A stretch of 64,000 nt of DNA from Alphaproteobacteria bacterium CG1_02_46_17 (GTDB lineage Bacteria; Pseudomonadota; Alphaproteobacteria; Micavibrionales; Micavibrionaceae): the NCBI GenBank assembly GCA_001871905.1, contig MNUG01000019.1:40752-104751 (forward strand). Reading direction: 5' to 3'. Below are positions 49,802 through 59,474 of the stretch, piece by piece. Under the pieces are notes generated by a model that was given only the letters and a program-made list of their open reading frames with translations, did not search any database and was not told the origin of the DNA. The translations under genes were made by a program, and so were the position numbers. How positions within the stretch are numbered: the first letter of the stretch is position 1; the number at the start of each line of letters is the position of its first letter.

Positions 49802-52102
49802 ATGATGAAATCTGCCCCTTCGCAAGGCTTTTTGGGTTCGATGCGCGTTCCTGTCCGTTTGCTATGGATACGGAGCCGTATGCGCTCTTCTTGGGATGGG
49901 CGTCTGGCTGTCTTGTTTATATTTCTAGCCACTATTGCGGGAATTGCCACCTATGCGGCTTTGCGTTCTGCGCCGCCATTCGGGGACGATCCAGATGCGG
50001 TGATTTGGCTGCTTAATCTTGATCTGATTATTTTATGTGTTTTAGGGATTTTGATTGCGCGGCGCGTGGTGTCATTGTTCACCACATGGCGGAAAGGTAT
50101 TCCTGGGGCCCGCCTTCACATCAGGCTGGTTTATATTTTTGGCCTTTTGGCCATGGCGCCTGCTGTCATTATGACGATCTTCTCGTTATTCTTTTTTCAT
50201 TATGGAGTGCAGACATGGTTCAGTGATCGTGTGCGGACAGCCGTTAATGAATCTCAAGAGGTCGCCGAGTCTTATTTGCGTGAACATCATCAGGTGATCC
50301 GCGCCGACATTATGGCGATGGCCAAAGATTTAGATCATCAGGCCACACTTGTTTATACCAATCCACAGGCTTTCTCGCGCTTTGTTGAAACACAATCGGT
50401 TTTGCGAGGGCTTTCCGAAGTTGTTGTGTTTAACAAAAGTAAATTTATTTTCACCAAGGTTGGAGATATTTCCGAATTTGTCGAGGGGGCTATCCCAAAA
50501 TATGCCATGGATACCGCAGAAAGTGGTGATGTCGTACTTTTGACTGCCGTTGATGATGACCGTGTTCAGGCTTTGGTGAGGCTCAATAACATTCCGGATG
50601 GGTATTTGTTTGTAGGAAGGTCTGTTGAGGCCAATGTTTTGAAGCATCTGCAAACAACCCGCGAGGCAGTCAAGAAATATGACGAAATGGCAGATCGTTA
50701 TATCGGGTTACGGCGGACGGTAACCATGATCTATATTGTAGTGGCCTTGATTTTGCTGTTTTCGGCGATCTTTTTTGCCTTGTCTTTTGCGCGTCGCTTG
50801 GCAACGCCAATTATCTCTTTGATCGAGGCGTCGGATCGGGTGAGAAAAGGTGATTTGACGGCCATGGTTCCCGATCATAGTGGTTTTGAAGAATTTGACC
50901 ATTTGGCGCGTTCTTTTAACCGAATGACACGGCAAATTCAGGATCAGCGGACGGAGTTAATTCAGGCCAACCACCGGATTGATGAACGACGTCAATTTAC
51001 TGAAACTATTCTGGCGGGAGTGACGTCAGGAGTTCTTAGCCTTGATAGAAACGGACAGGTGACGTTGGCCAATGCATCGGCTGTGGCTATCCTTGGTAAA
51101 AAAGCTGACGCTATTTTGAATTCCAACATCAGCGATTTATTGCCTGATCTGGTGTCATTGATCGAGTCCGCCTATGACCGGCCCGATAAGGTGCACCAAA
51201 GGGAAGTTTATGTGCAGACCCTTGAGAAGGGGCGCAGGGTATTGTTGGCGCGCGTCGGGATTGAGTTGTTGGGTGACAAGGACATTGGTGCGGTTATTAC
51301 GTTCGATGATATTACTGATGTGCAGGCCGCCCAGCGCAAAGTAGCTTGGGCGGATGTGGCTCGCCGCATTGCTCATGAGATCAAAAACCCTTTGACCCCG
51401 ATTCAGTTGTCGGCAGAGCGGTTGAAACGCAAATACATGTCCCAGTTGGGGGAAGAAGATCAACGTATTTTCAGCCAGTGTATTGATACGATCATTCGCC
51501 ATGTCGGGGATATCGGGCATATGGTGAGCGAATTTTCCGCTTTTGCCCGCATGCCGGAACCAAAAATGCATGATGTTAATCTGTTTGGACTTGTCACGGA
51601 TTGCCTGTTCTTTTCAAAGCAGGCGCATTCGGCCATCAAATTCTCCGGTACCGATTTCTCACATAAGCAAGAGATCATTGTGCATTGCGATGAACAGCAG
51701 ATTCGCCAGGCTTTACTGAATATCCTTCAGAATGCTGTGGAATCCCTTGAAGAATATAAAAAGGAACAGGATGGTTTCCTGCCGAAGATCGGTCTTTGGG
51801 TTAACCTTGTATCCGAGGGGGATGGGGGCGTGGTGATGGTGGTTGTCAATGATAATGGCCCGGGGTTTCCTGCGGACACCAGTCCTGAATCTTTGACAGA
51901 GCCCTACGTTACCTATAAAGAAAAAGGTACGGGGTTGGGGTTGGCCATTGTTAAAAAAATTATGGAAGACCATAACGGACAGCTTTCCTTTGGGGTCAAT
52001 GATCGGGTAAAATCGATTCACGGCTGGGTCGATCTCGGCGGTGCAACTGTGTGCCTGACGTTGCCTTATATGTTGTGTGTGTTGGGCGATAGACAAGTTT
52101 AA
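49802..52102 (+). CDS. ntrY: sensor histidine kinase NtrY
   Basis: 766 aa with four N-terminal TM segments, HAMP and PAS domains, the H-box HEIKNPLTPIQLSAERL and an ATPase domain (GTGLGLAIVKKIMEDH). It is paired with ntrX. Confidence 0.85.
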   Translation: MMKSAPSQGFLGSMRVPVRLLWIRSRMRSSWDGRLAVLFIFLATIAGIATYAALRSAPPFGDDPDAVIWLLNLDLIILCVLGILIARRVVSLFTTWRKGIPGARLHIRLVYIFGLLAMAPAVIMTIFSLFFFHYGVQTWFSDRVRTAVNESQEVAESYLREHHQVIRADIMAMAKDLDHQATLVYTNPQAFSRFVETQSVLRGLSEVVVFNKSKFIFTKVGDISEFVEGAIPKYAMDTAESGDVVLLTAVDDDRVQALVRLNNIPDGYLFVGRSVEANVLKHLQTTREAVKKYDEMADRYIGLRRTVTMIYIVVALILLFSAIFFALSFARRLATPIISLIEASDRVRKGDLTAMVPDHSGFEEFDHLARSFNRMTRQIQDQRTELIQANHRIDERRQFTETILAGVTSGVLSLDRNGQVTLANASAVAILGKKADAILNSNISDLLPDLVSLIESAYDRPDKVHQREVYVQTLEKGRRVLLARVGIELLGDKDIGAVITFDDITDVQAAQRKVAWADVARRIAHEIKNPLTPIQLSAERLKRKYMSQLGEEDQRIFSQCIDTIIRHVGDIGHMVSEFSAFARMPEPKMHDVNLFGLVTDCLFFSKQAHSAIKFSGTDFSHKQEIIVHCDEQQIRQALLNILQNAVESLEEYKKEQDGFLPKIGLWVNLVSEGDGGVVMVVVNDNGPGFPADTSPESLTEPYVTYKEKGTGLGLAIVKKIMEDHNGQLSFGVNDRVKSIHGWVDLGGATVCLTLPYMLCVLGDRQV

Positions 52103-52125
52103 TTCTGGAGTTAGTTGGTTCGTAC

Positions 52126-53568
52126 ATGTCAAAAACCAAATCTGATATTCTGATTGTTGATGATGAAGCGGATATTCGTTCGTTGATCGTGGGGATTCTG
52201 GAAGACGAAGGGTATGGAACCGGACAGGCTGAAAGTGCTGCACAGGTTTATGATGCTTTGAGTAAGCGTCCCTATAGTTTAGTCGTTCTCGATATCTGGC
52301 TTAAAAACAGTGAGTATGATGGCTTGAGCATTCTCGAGAAAATCAAAAAAGATTATCCCGAATTGCCTGTTGTGATGATTAGCGGTCATGGAACCATTGA
52401 GACAGCCGTCAAAGCGATCAAGGTCGGGGCTTATGACTTTATCGAGAAGCCTTTTAAGACTGATCGTTTGCTGTTGATGATTGATCGTGCTTTGGAAGCG
52501 GCTGCGTTGCGGCGCGAGAATGCCGTTTTGCGGGTTCAGGAAGATATTGCAGCCGATCTGGTTGGTGAATCCCAATTGTTTCAGAACATGGTGGCGACAC
52601 TGGACAAGATTGCGCCGACAAATAGTCGTGTTCTGATTACCGGAGCATCGGGGGCAGGGAAGGAAGCTGTCGCACGTTATATCCACAAAAACTCCCAACG
52701 TACCAAGATGCCTTTCATTGCAATTAATTGTGCGTCTTTGACGTCAGAAACGCTGGATGAAAAATTATTTGGCCGTGAAGAAAAGGGGCAGACTCTCCCC
52801 GGCGTTCTGGAACGCGCCAATGGTGGTAGCTTGTTGTTGGATGAAATTGCCGACCTGTCTTTGGAAACGCAGGGAAAAATTCTGCGGGTTCTACAAGACC
52901 AGTCGTTCATACGTATCGGTGGGCAGATGCCGGTTAAGGTGGATGTCCGTGTGATGGCCTCGACAGCACAATCTTTGGAAGACCGGATAGCCAATGGCGA
53001 ATTCCGAGAAGATCTGTTTTATCGATTGAATGTTGTTCCCATTCATGTTCCCAGATTGCAGGATCGCAAAGAAGATATTCCGGTTTTGGTCAATTATTTT
53101 ATGGAACAAAACCTGTCCGATGCCTTGCTATCCTTGCGCCCTTTGTCTGAAGGGGCTTTGGTTGCTCTACAGGGTTATGTCTGGCCAGGGAATATTAGAC
53201 AGTTGAAGAATCTCGTTGAGTGGCTGGTTGTGACTTCACCGAAGTTTAATGCAGAGCAAGCTACGATCCAGCCTATTCAATCGAGTGAGTTGCCTCAAGA
53301 AATTACACAATTTGTTCATGCCTCATTGAAGGCGGATTGGCAAACGGACATGATTTCCCTGCCGTTGCGTGAGGCAAGAGAGGTTTTTGAACGTGAGTAT
53401 TTGTTGGCTCAAATTACACGTTTCAATGGTAATATCTCCCGCACAGCGCAGTTTGTCGGGATGGAGAGGTCTGCTCTGCACCGTAAGTTGAAATCTCTGC
53501 ACATTACCACTTCTGAAAGAGAAGAGATTGTTGACGATGATCGACCACTCAAAACCGCTACCGCCTAA
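52126..53568 (+). CDS. ntrX: response regulator NtrX (REC - AAA+ - HTH)
   Basis: 480 aa with a receiver domain (ILIVDDE...VLDIWL), Walker A GASGAGKE, LLLDEI and a C-terminal Fis-type HTH. I saw no clear GAFTGA loop, as is typical of NtrX. Confidence 0.85.
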   Translation: MSKTKSDILIVDDEADIRSLIVGILEDEGYGTGQAESAAQVYDALSKRPYSLVVLDIWLKNSEYDGLSILEKIKKDYPELPVVMISGHGTIETAVKAIKVGAYDFIEKPFKTDRLLLMIDRALEAAALRRENAVLRVQEDIAADLVGESQLFQNMVATLDKIAPTNSRVLITGASGAGKEAVARYIHKNSQRTKMPFIAINCASLTSETLDEKLFGREEKGQTLPGVLERANGGSLLLDEIADLSLETQGKILRVLQDQSFIRIGGQMPVKVDVRVMASTAQSLEDRIANGEFREDLFYRLNVVPIHVPRLQDRKEDIPVLVNYFMEQNLSDALLSLRPLSEGALVALQGYVWPGNIRQLKNLVEWLVVTSPKFNAEQATIQPIQSSELPQEITQFVHASLKADWQTDMISLPLREAREVFEREYLLAQITRFNGNISRTAQFVGMERSALHRKLKSLHITTSEREEIVDDDRPLKTATA

Positions 53569-54223
53569 TTCTATTCCTCCACGTCCGGATGCTGTGTTAT
53601 TTGATTGGGACGGGACGTTGGTTGATACATTTCCGATGATTAAGGCGTGTTACGTACACATGACCAACCATTTCGGTTTGCCAGAAATTTCCGATTACCA
53701 GATTGGCGCGAATATGCGTCGTTCAGCGCGTGATCTGTTCCCTGAAATTTTTGGAGACAAAGCAGATGAAGCTTTCAAAGTTTTCTATGAATTCGCAGCG
53801 AAACATCATCTTGATTATCTTGAACCCATGAAAGACGCGCAGGAATTTTTATCGTTGATCTCTTCACGATCCATTCCAATGGGCGTGGTCAGCAATAGAA
53901 AACACGAGTTATTGGTGGAAGAGATTCCATATCTGGAGTGGGATAAATATTTAACCTGTCTGATTGGGGCAGGTGAGGCAGAGAAAGACAAACCTGCTCC
54001 TGATCCTTTATTATTAGCGGCCAGACGAATGAATATTTCGACTGATTCCTGCATCTGGTATGTAGGAGATAGTGAAACGGATATGCAGGCGGCTTTGGCA
54101 GCAGGAATGGTTCCTGTTTTTATAGAACATGGATTACGACAACTTGAAGATTGCCATAATTTCAATATTTATCCGTATTCTGCAAAAAGTTTTTCATTTC
54201 TTCTACATTTGGTTGAATATTAG
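53537..54223 (+). CDS. HAD-superfamily hydrolase (phosphoglycolate phosphatase-like)
   Basis: Motif I is LFDWDGTLVDT, motif II VVSN and motif III-IV KPAPDP...VGDSETDMQAA. I chose the ATG at 53537; it overlaps the ntrX 3' end. Confidence 0.75.
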   Translation: MIDHSKPLPPNSIPPRPDAVLFDWDGTLVDTFPMIKACYVHMTNHFGLPEISDYQIGANMRRSARDLFPEIFGDKADEAFKVFYEFAAKHHLDYLEPMKDAQEFLSLISSRSIPMGVVSNRKHELLVEEIPYLEWDKYLTCLIGAGEAEKDKPAPDPLLLAARRMNISTDSCIWYVGDSETDMQAALAAGMVPVFIEHGLRQLEDCHNFNIYPYSAKSFSFLLHLVEY

Positions 54224-54321
54224 TTACTTATTTTCAACATATCACTTGATGAGAGGAAGTATGTCGATTATGTTGCGACCATATTTTAGTAGTGGCTACA
54301 ATCATGGTGGAGTTAATAGAG

Positions 54322-54588
54322 ATGAACGAAAAAAGCCAGAACATTCAGGATGTGTTTTTGAACCGTATCCGCAAGGATAAACATACGGTAACTGTGTTTC
54401 TAGTGAATGGTGTGAAATTGCAGGGTATTGTAACCTGGTTTGATAACTTTTGCTTATTGTTGAAGCGCGATTCCCATATTCAGTTGGTATATAAACACGC
54501 AATTTCTACAATTATGCCATCTGGCCCGTTGTCTTTGTATGATGGCGATGACGCTGATACATCTTCTGCAGATGTAAAAGCAGAATAA
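54322..54588 (+). CDS. hfq: RNA chaperone Hfq
   Basis: Sm motifs QDVFLN...[13 protein letters not shown] and [17 protein letters not shown]. The ATG at 54322 has a GGTGGAG Shine-Dalgarno upstream. Confidence 0.95.
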   Translation: MNEKSQNIQDVFLNRIRKDKHTVTVFLVNGVKLQGIVTWFDNFCLLLKRDSHIQLVYKHAISTIMPSGPLSLYDGDDADTSSADVKAE

Positions 54589-54599
54589 TCGAGAAATTA

Positions 54600-55913
54600 A
54601 TGTCCCAAATTTCAGGGTCTAACACAGGGGGAACTTGTTTTTTAGTTCACCCTGTATTGCTATCGGGTCACAAAGGAAATTCACAAATTTCTTCCGGACG
54701 TGATACGGCATCTATGGTTGCCGAGATATCCGGTTTGGCGGAGGCAATTAATCTCGAAATTATTGAAGTTGTCAGCGCGAATGTCCGCAAAATCTCTGCT
54801 GGGCATTTTCTGGGCAAGGGTATTCGTGAGACCATTGCAGAACTGGCCGCGGAACAAGAGCCTGATGTTATTATAGTCAATGCGGCACTGTCCCCAGTGC
54901 AACAACGAAATCTTGAGCTTGAATGGAAATCGAAAGTCATCGACCGGACAGGCCTGATCCTTGAAATTTTTGGTGCGCGGGCACAAACCCGTGAAGGGAA
55001 AATGCAAGTTGAATTGGCGGCGTTGAGTTATCAACGTTCGCGCCTTGTAAGGTCATGGACACACCTTGAACGCCAACGTGGTGGAACGGGATCTACCGGT
55101 GGGCCGGGGGAAACACAGATCGAGCTTGACCGAAGGATGATTGATGACAAAATTTCGTCACTTAAACTCCAGTTGGAACAGGTTCGTAAAAATCGTGATC
55201 TTCAGCGTAAAAGTCGTGAGAGGGTACCCTTTCCGGTGGTGGCTTTGGTGGGATACACCAATGCGGGCAAATCAACCTTGTTCAATAAATTGACGGGAGC
55301 GGATGTTTTTGCTCAGGACTTATTGTTTGCCACACTTGACCCAACCATGCGTCGTTTGAAACTGCCCGGTGGGCGGGATGCGATTTTGTCTGATACGGTG
55401 GGATTTATTTCTGATCTGCCAACCCATTTGATTGCTGCTTTTCGCGCGACATTGGAACAGGTTCAATATGCGGATGTTATTCTTCATGTGCGTGATATTT
55501 CATCTCCGGAAACGGAAGCACAGCGCGAAGATGTCATCGCCATTCTGAAAGACCTCGGGGTTGATTATGATTCTGATACCCGCATTGTCGAAGTCTTTAA
55601 TAAAATAGATTTAGTGGATGAGAAAAACATCTGGTTGAGGGACCCTGAAATGCGTGGCCGCCAGATTCCCGTCTCTTCTGTAAGTGGTGAGGGGCTTGGC
55701 GTCTTATTGGAGACTGTCGAGAAAGCCATGGCGGGGGCTCATCAAGAGATGACCATTACGCTGGATGCTTCAAACGGCAAGGCTTTTTCCTGGTTGCATC
55801 GGCACGCCTCCGTTCTTGATCGTCAGGATGATGGCGAAAAAGTTCATGTCAAAGTATCCATTTCAGATAATGAGTATCAGAAATATATCGGGTTATTTGG
55901 CACTGCTCTTTGA
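54600..55913 (+). CDS. hflX: GTPase HflX
   Basis: 437 aa with an HflX N-domain, G1 GYTNAGKST, DTVGF and NKID. It sits in the hfq-hflX synteny block. Confidence 0.95.
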   Translation: MSQISGSNTGGTCFLVHPVLLSGHKGNSQISSGRDTASMVAEISGLAEAINLEIIEVVSANVRKISAGHFLGKGIRETIAELAAEQEPDVIIVNAALSPVQQRNLELEWKSKVIDRTGLILEIFGARAQTREGKMQVELAALSYQRSRLVRSWTHLERQRGGTGSTGGPGETQIELDRRMIDDKISSLKLQLEQVRKNRDLQRKSRERVPFPVVALVGYTNAGKSTLFNKLTGADVFAQDLLFATLDPTMRRLKLPGGRDAILSDTVGFISDLPTHLIAAFRATLEQVQYADVILHVRDISSPETEAQREDVIAILKDLGVDYDSDTRIVEVFNKIDLVDEKNIWLRDPEMRGRQIPVSSVSGEGLGVLLETVEKAMAGAHQEMTITLDASNGKAFSWLHRHASVLDRQDDGEKVHVKVSISDNEYQKYIGLFGTAL

Positions 55914-57350
55914 TGCCGTTTTCTTTTTAGCTTTTGTGTATCGTTGTTCGATCAGGGTGAAGATGGTGCGAACGCCCATTTCTCTTCCACCTTGTGATTT
56001 TCCGGGTTGTGGCGAGTTTTGCCATGCGCGTTCATCAATATGAACCCATGTGGTTTCTGGCGTGACGAAATGTTGTAAAAACAATGCCGCTGTAATTGAC
56101 CCTGCGGGGTTTCCCGATCCGGCGTTATTGATATCGGCAATGGGTGAGAGAATATCTTTCTTGTAATCCTGCCATAGGGGGAGATTCCACAAAGGATCAT
56201 CAAGTTGCAATGAGAGTTTTTGAATATCGCTGCCCAGCTTGTCATCGTTGGAATAGACAATCCCCATATCATACCCGACGGCGTAATGGGCTGCACCGGT
56301 GAGCGTTGCAAAATCAATCAACAGGTCGGGAGATTCTTCGCAGGCCATGGTCAGGCAATCTGCCAGTACCAAACGCCCTTCGGCATCGGTATTGCCAATC
56401 TCGACGGTTTGCCCTGAGCGAGATGTCAGAATATCACTGGGGCGGAAAGCTCGACCTGATATTGAATTTTCAACGCAAGGGATAAAAACACGCAAATAGA
56501 TGGGAAGCTTGGCGCTCATAATCATCAGGGCAGTTGCCAAGGCCATGGCTGCTCCGCCCATATCTTTTTTCATGAGCAGCATGCCTGCGCTTGGCTTGAT
56601 GTCATAGCCGCCTGTATCAAAGCAGACACCTTTGCCAACCAATGTTACCATTGGGTGGTTTGGGTTTCCCCATGCCAGTTCTGCGAGGCAAGGGCGGCGT
56701 TCACTGCCATGTCCAACAGCGTAGATAAGGGGAAGATTTTCTTCCAGTAAATCCTCATCTTCGATGATGCGGTACATGGCATCAAAATTCTGTGCCACTG
56801 TGGCAACGGCAGTCGCCAATGTTTGTGGCCCCAAGGCATTTGGAGGCAGGTTAATCAGGTTTCTGACCAGATAACTGGCACGGGCGGTGGATTCGATTCG
56901 GCTGACGCTCAGCTTTGGAGGAAGTATCAAAACTGGAAATGGTTTGCTGTTTTTCTTGAAATGGTCGAAGCGGTAACAGGAAAGAAGCCATCCGATGCAG
57001 GCATTTTCAAGGTCTTCTGGTTTTAAATTTGATGCGTCTATTTCATAGATTGTGTTGGCCAGTTTTTCGGCGGCGGCACAGATGGTAAAAATTCCGACCT
57101 TGTTCTCGTATCCGATAAAGACCGCATCGATGGTTCCAGTGTCCGAGATGGTCTGGGTAAAGGTTCCGTCCTTTGCGTTCCATCCACTCTGTTTGAACTG
57201 GTTTTGTTGAGTAGTGCTTTGTCTGGATACCCATTTGTCAAACTGGGATGTTTTTACAAAATGAACCGGTATCGGTGATGTTTCCAGATCCTTGCTTTTA
57301 TGGATGAGCACATCGGGAAGGGCGAGGAAGTCAAAAATTGTATCAGTCAT
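55893..57350 (-). CDS. M17-family leucyl aminopeptidase-like protein
   Basis: 485 aa with the M17 signature NTDAEGRLVLAD and metal ligands in KGVCFDTGGYDIK. It overlaps the hflX 3' end by 21 nt (convergent). Confidence 0.85.
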   Translation of the reverse strand: MTDTIFDFLALPDVLIHKSKDLETSPIPVHFVKTSQFDKWVSRQSTTQQNQFKQSGWNAKDGTFTQTISDTGTIDAVFIGYENKVGIFTICAAAEKLANTIYEIDASNLKPEDLENACIGWLLSCYRFDHFKKNSKPFPVLILPPKLSVSRIESTARASYLVRNLINLPPNALGPQTLATAVATVAQNFDAMYRIIEDEDLLEENLPLIYAVGHGSERRPCLAELAWGNPNHPMVTLVGKGVCFDTGGYDIKPSAGMLLMKKDMGGAAMALATALMIMSAKLPIYLRVFIPCVENSISGRAFRPSDILTSRSGQTVEIGNTDAEGRLVLADCLTMACEESPDLLIDFATLTGAAHYAVGYDMGIVYSNDDKLGSDIQKLSLQLDDPLWNLPLWQDYKKDILSPIADINNAGSGNPAGSITAALFLQHFVTPETTWVHIDERAWQNSPQPGKSQGGREMGVRTIFTLIEQRYTKAKKKTASKSSAK

Positions 57351-57509
57351 GATTTTTCGCAGTCATTGCACAGGGGTGATCAATTGGCTCAGGATACGTG
57401 CTTTTTCATTTGGAACAAGAGATTTTACCGTAGATATCATGGAAATTTATTCACCGTTAATGTTTTACATATAATATGCTCTTTAGATTTTATATTTGGA
57501 GGGTATTAC

Positions 57510-58031
57510 ATGGGGTTCCTTGATGATTTGAAGAAGAATGCAGAAAAACTGGGCGATAAGGTCACTCGTGATGCCGAAAGGGCTGCCAGACATGGTGTTG
57601 AAGGGGTTTTGAAAGAGGCCGTGAAACCTGCAGAAAAGAAAGTTAAAGAGGTTGGAGGCAAGGCTGCTGAAAAAGTTCAGGGGGCTGGAGCCGCAGCGAG
57701 GGGCCATGTGGAGAGGGCCGCCCAAGATCCTGAAAAGGCAGTCAAAGATGGTGTAGGAAAAGCCGGAGAAGCTGTTGGTGCTGGTGTTGATGCTGTGAAG
57801 GGTGGCGCTGGCAAAGTCTGGAATTTTCTAAAAGAAAATCATGAGAAACACAAGGATGATCCACCTACCAAGCCAGACTATCTGGGGGCTTCCGAAGGAG
57901 CCTCTAGCGGAAAGCCGGCCAGTCTTTTTGCTGATAATATGCAAGAAATGCAGAGTCCGGCGACGTCTGCGCAGGGGGCCTCAGTTCAGGTGGCTGCGTC
58001 AGCCAAGCTTGATGTTCCGACAATCGGGTAA
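57510..58031 (+). CDS. hypothetical protein with 11-residue amphipathic repeats (LEA/synuclein-like periodicity)
   Basis: 173 aa from the ATG at 57510, with a GGAGGG Shine-Dalgarno upstream. The Lys/Ala/Gly/Val-rich N-terminal 100 aa show a Val recurring every 11 residues across five consecutive units. The tail is Ser/Ala/Gln-rich. Confidence 0.55.
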   Translation: MGFLDDLKKNAEKLGDKVTRDAERAARHGVEGVLKEAVKPAEKKVKEVGGKAAEKVQGAGAAARGHVERAAQDPEKAVKDGVGKAGEAVGAGVDAVKGGAGKVWNFLKENHEKHKDDPPTKPDYLGASEGASSGKPASLFADNMQEMQSPATSAQGASVQVAASAKLDVPTIG

Positions 58032-58179
58032 AAAAACTCCAAATTTTGTTATAAAAAGAATCGTCCGGCGCAGTTTGGACTATTTTTTCTTGCAGGTTTT
58101 CATATATATAATGTAGTATAATAAACAATAAGAGATAATGGTGACTATATTTCAGGTCACAAAATTTCGGAGGTGTGTA

Positions 58180-58959
58180 ATGTCTGACGTTCATAGAAGC
58201 AATCCTAGCCTTGGAACCATGATGAGGTATCAATGGGAGGATTATCAACGTCGCATGAATTTCCAGTTCAGGCATATGCCGGATGTTGCCGAGCGTCAAG
58301 CGCGCGGTGTTATTGGTGATGGTATTCGCCAGTTGTTTGATCCTCTTTTGAGAGGTATTCGCCATTATGAAGGCGAGGTTCAATCACGCATTCCGGGGAA
58401 TCAGTATCCTCGTGGGAATCCAGGTTATGGCGGTGGTGGTCATCCTGCCGGTGGAGTTGTGTATCGCGGCGAAAATGCGTGGCAAGCTGCTGATCGTCTA
58501 GCTCATGAATTTTACCCATCTCGTCACATCCCATCCTCAAATGAACATAACGGATACCGGACGGGTCGTGTTAATGAGGCAGCGCCAACTCGTCAGTATG
58601 GAGCTCACGATCATGCGTCGGCTGGTGGGCCAGCAGTACAGACTGTTCTGAGAGAGAACAGCCAGTCAATTATTGTTCCTGGTAATTATGATGCTGGAGT
58701 TCAGACCTTCCCTGTGCGTTCGCCAGAGATCGAAGTTCGGGAGCTGGGGCCGATTGGTCAGCAGGATTCTTCCCCTTTACCAAAACATCAAGCTTTTGTT
58801 GAAAATACTCAGGCAGTATCGGTTGCGGCAGAGACAACACTATCCAAGCATCCTGCTTTGGATTCTCTGGTAAAAGGAGAAATGAAGGGACGTTTCTCTG
58901 ACAGCGATCCGGGAATTTATGCGCGCGCTGCGGCGCAGTTGGATAAATTCGGACTCTAA
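58180..58959 (+). CDS. hypothetical protein (Gly/Pro/His/Gln-rich, no recognised domain)
   Basis: 259 aa from the ATG at 58180, with a GGAGGTG Shine-Dalgarno upstream. It has no TM or signal peptide and much predicted disorder (GNPGYGGGGHPAGG). Confidence 0.5.
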   Translation: MSDVHRSNPSLGTMMRYQWEDYQRRMNFQFRHMPDVAERQARGVIGDGIRQLFDPLLRGIRHYEGEVQSRIPGNQYPRGNPGYGGGGHPAGGVVYRGENAWQAADRLAHEFYPSRHIPSSNEHNGYRTGRVNEAAPTRQYGAHDHASAGGPAVQTVLRENSQSIIVPGNYDAGVQTFPVRSPEIEVRELGPIGQQDSSPLPKHQAFVENTQAVSVAAETTLSKHPALDSLVKGEMKGRFSDSDPGIYARAAAQLDKFGL

Positions 58960-58990
58960 TCCCGCAGGTTTATTTTGTCTGTTTAGATGA

Positions 58991-59034
58991 AACAAAAAGG
59001 GCCCCAGTTATTGCGGCCCTTTCTTTTTCTTTTC
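58991..59034. terminator. bidirectional rho-independent terminator between the orphan gene and cspA
   Basis: Stem AAAGGGCC / GGCCCTTT (58996-59003 / 59015-59022). It is flanked by an A-run upstream and TTCTTTTTCTTTT downstream, so it can terminate both convergent transcripts. Confidence 0.6.
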
Positions 59035-59052
59035 AGTCAGTAAGCGTATAAA

Positions 59053-59259
59053 TTATGCGGCGTCCTGAAGATTTACAGCGGCAGTTTTGCCACGGCTGTT
59101 TTCGAGTTCGTAGGACACTTTTTGTCCTTCGTTCAGGGTTCTCATTCCTGATTTTTCAACAGCAGAAATATGTACGAATATATCTTTTCCGCCATCATCA
59201 GGAACGATAAATCCGAAACCTTTTTGTCCATTGAACCATTTTACTGTACCGGTAGCCAT
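59053..59259 (-). CDS. cspA: cold-shock protein (CspA family)
   Basis: 68 aa reading [18 protein letters not shown]...DIFVHISA, with RNP1 and RNP2 motifs. It is preceded by a leader/promoter region of about 160 nt. Confidence 0.96.
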   Translation of the reverse strand: MATGTVKWFNGQKGFGFIVPDDGGKDIFVHISAVEKSGMRTLNEGQKVSYELENSRGKTAAVNLQDAA

Positions 59260-59420
59260 AGTCTTGCATCCTTAGTTTAAGTTAGAAGTGTAATTGTATT
59301 CCAGTCTCAGGGATGCCTTAGATACAGTTAGCTTTATTCAAGCGTGGCTGTGATAAAAATTCACCGCAGAAACTTATACGCGGGCAGTATAGCTGATATG
59401 TTGCCCCATGTATAGTATAA

Positions 59421-59453
59421 AGAAAAACAGGCCATCGGGTGGACAGCCTGTTT
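59421..59453 (-). terminator. rho-independent terminator after carD
   Basis: On the minus strand, AAACAGGC-N13-GCCTGTTT is followed by TTCTTTAT. It lies 22 nt downstream of the carD stop. Confidence 0.6.
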
Positions 59454-59474
59454 CCAGAATAACTTTTCTACAGA

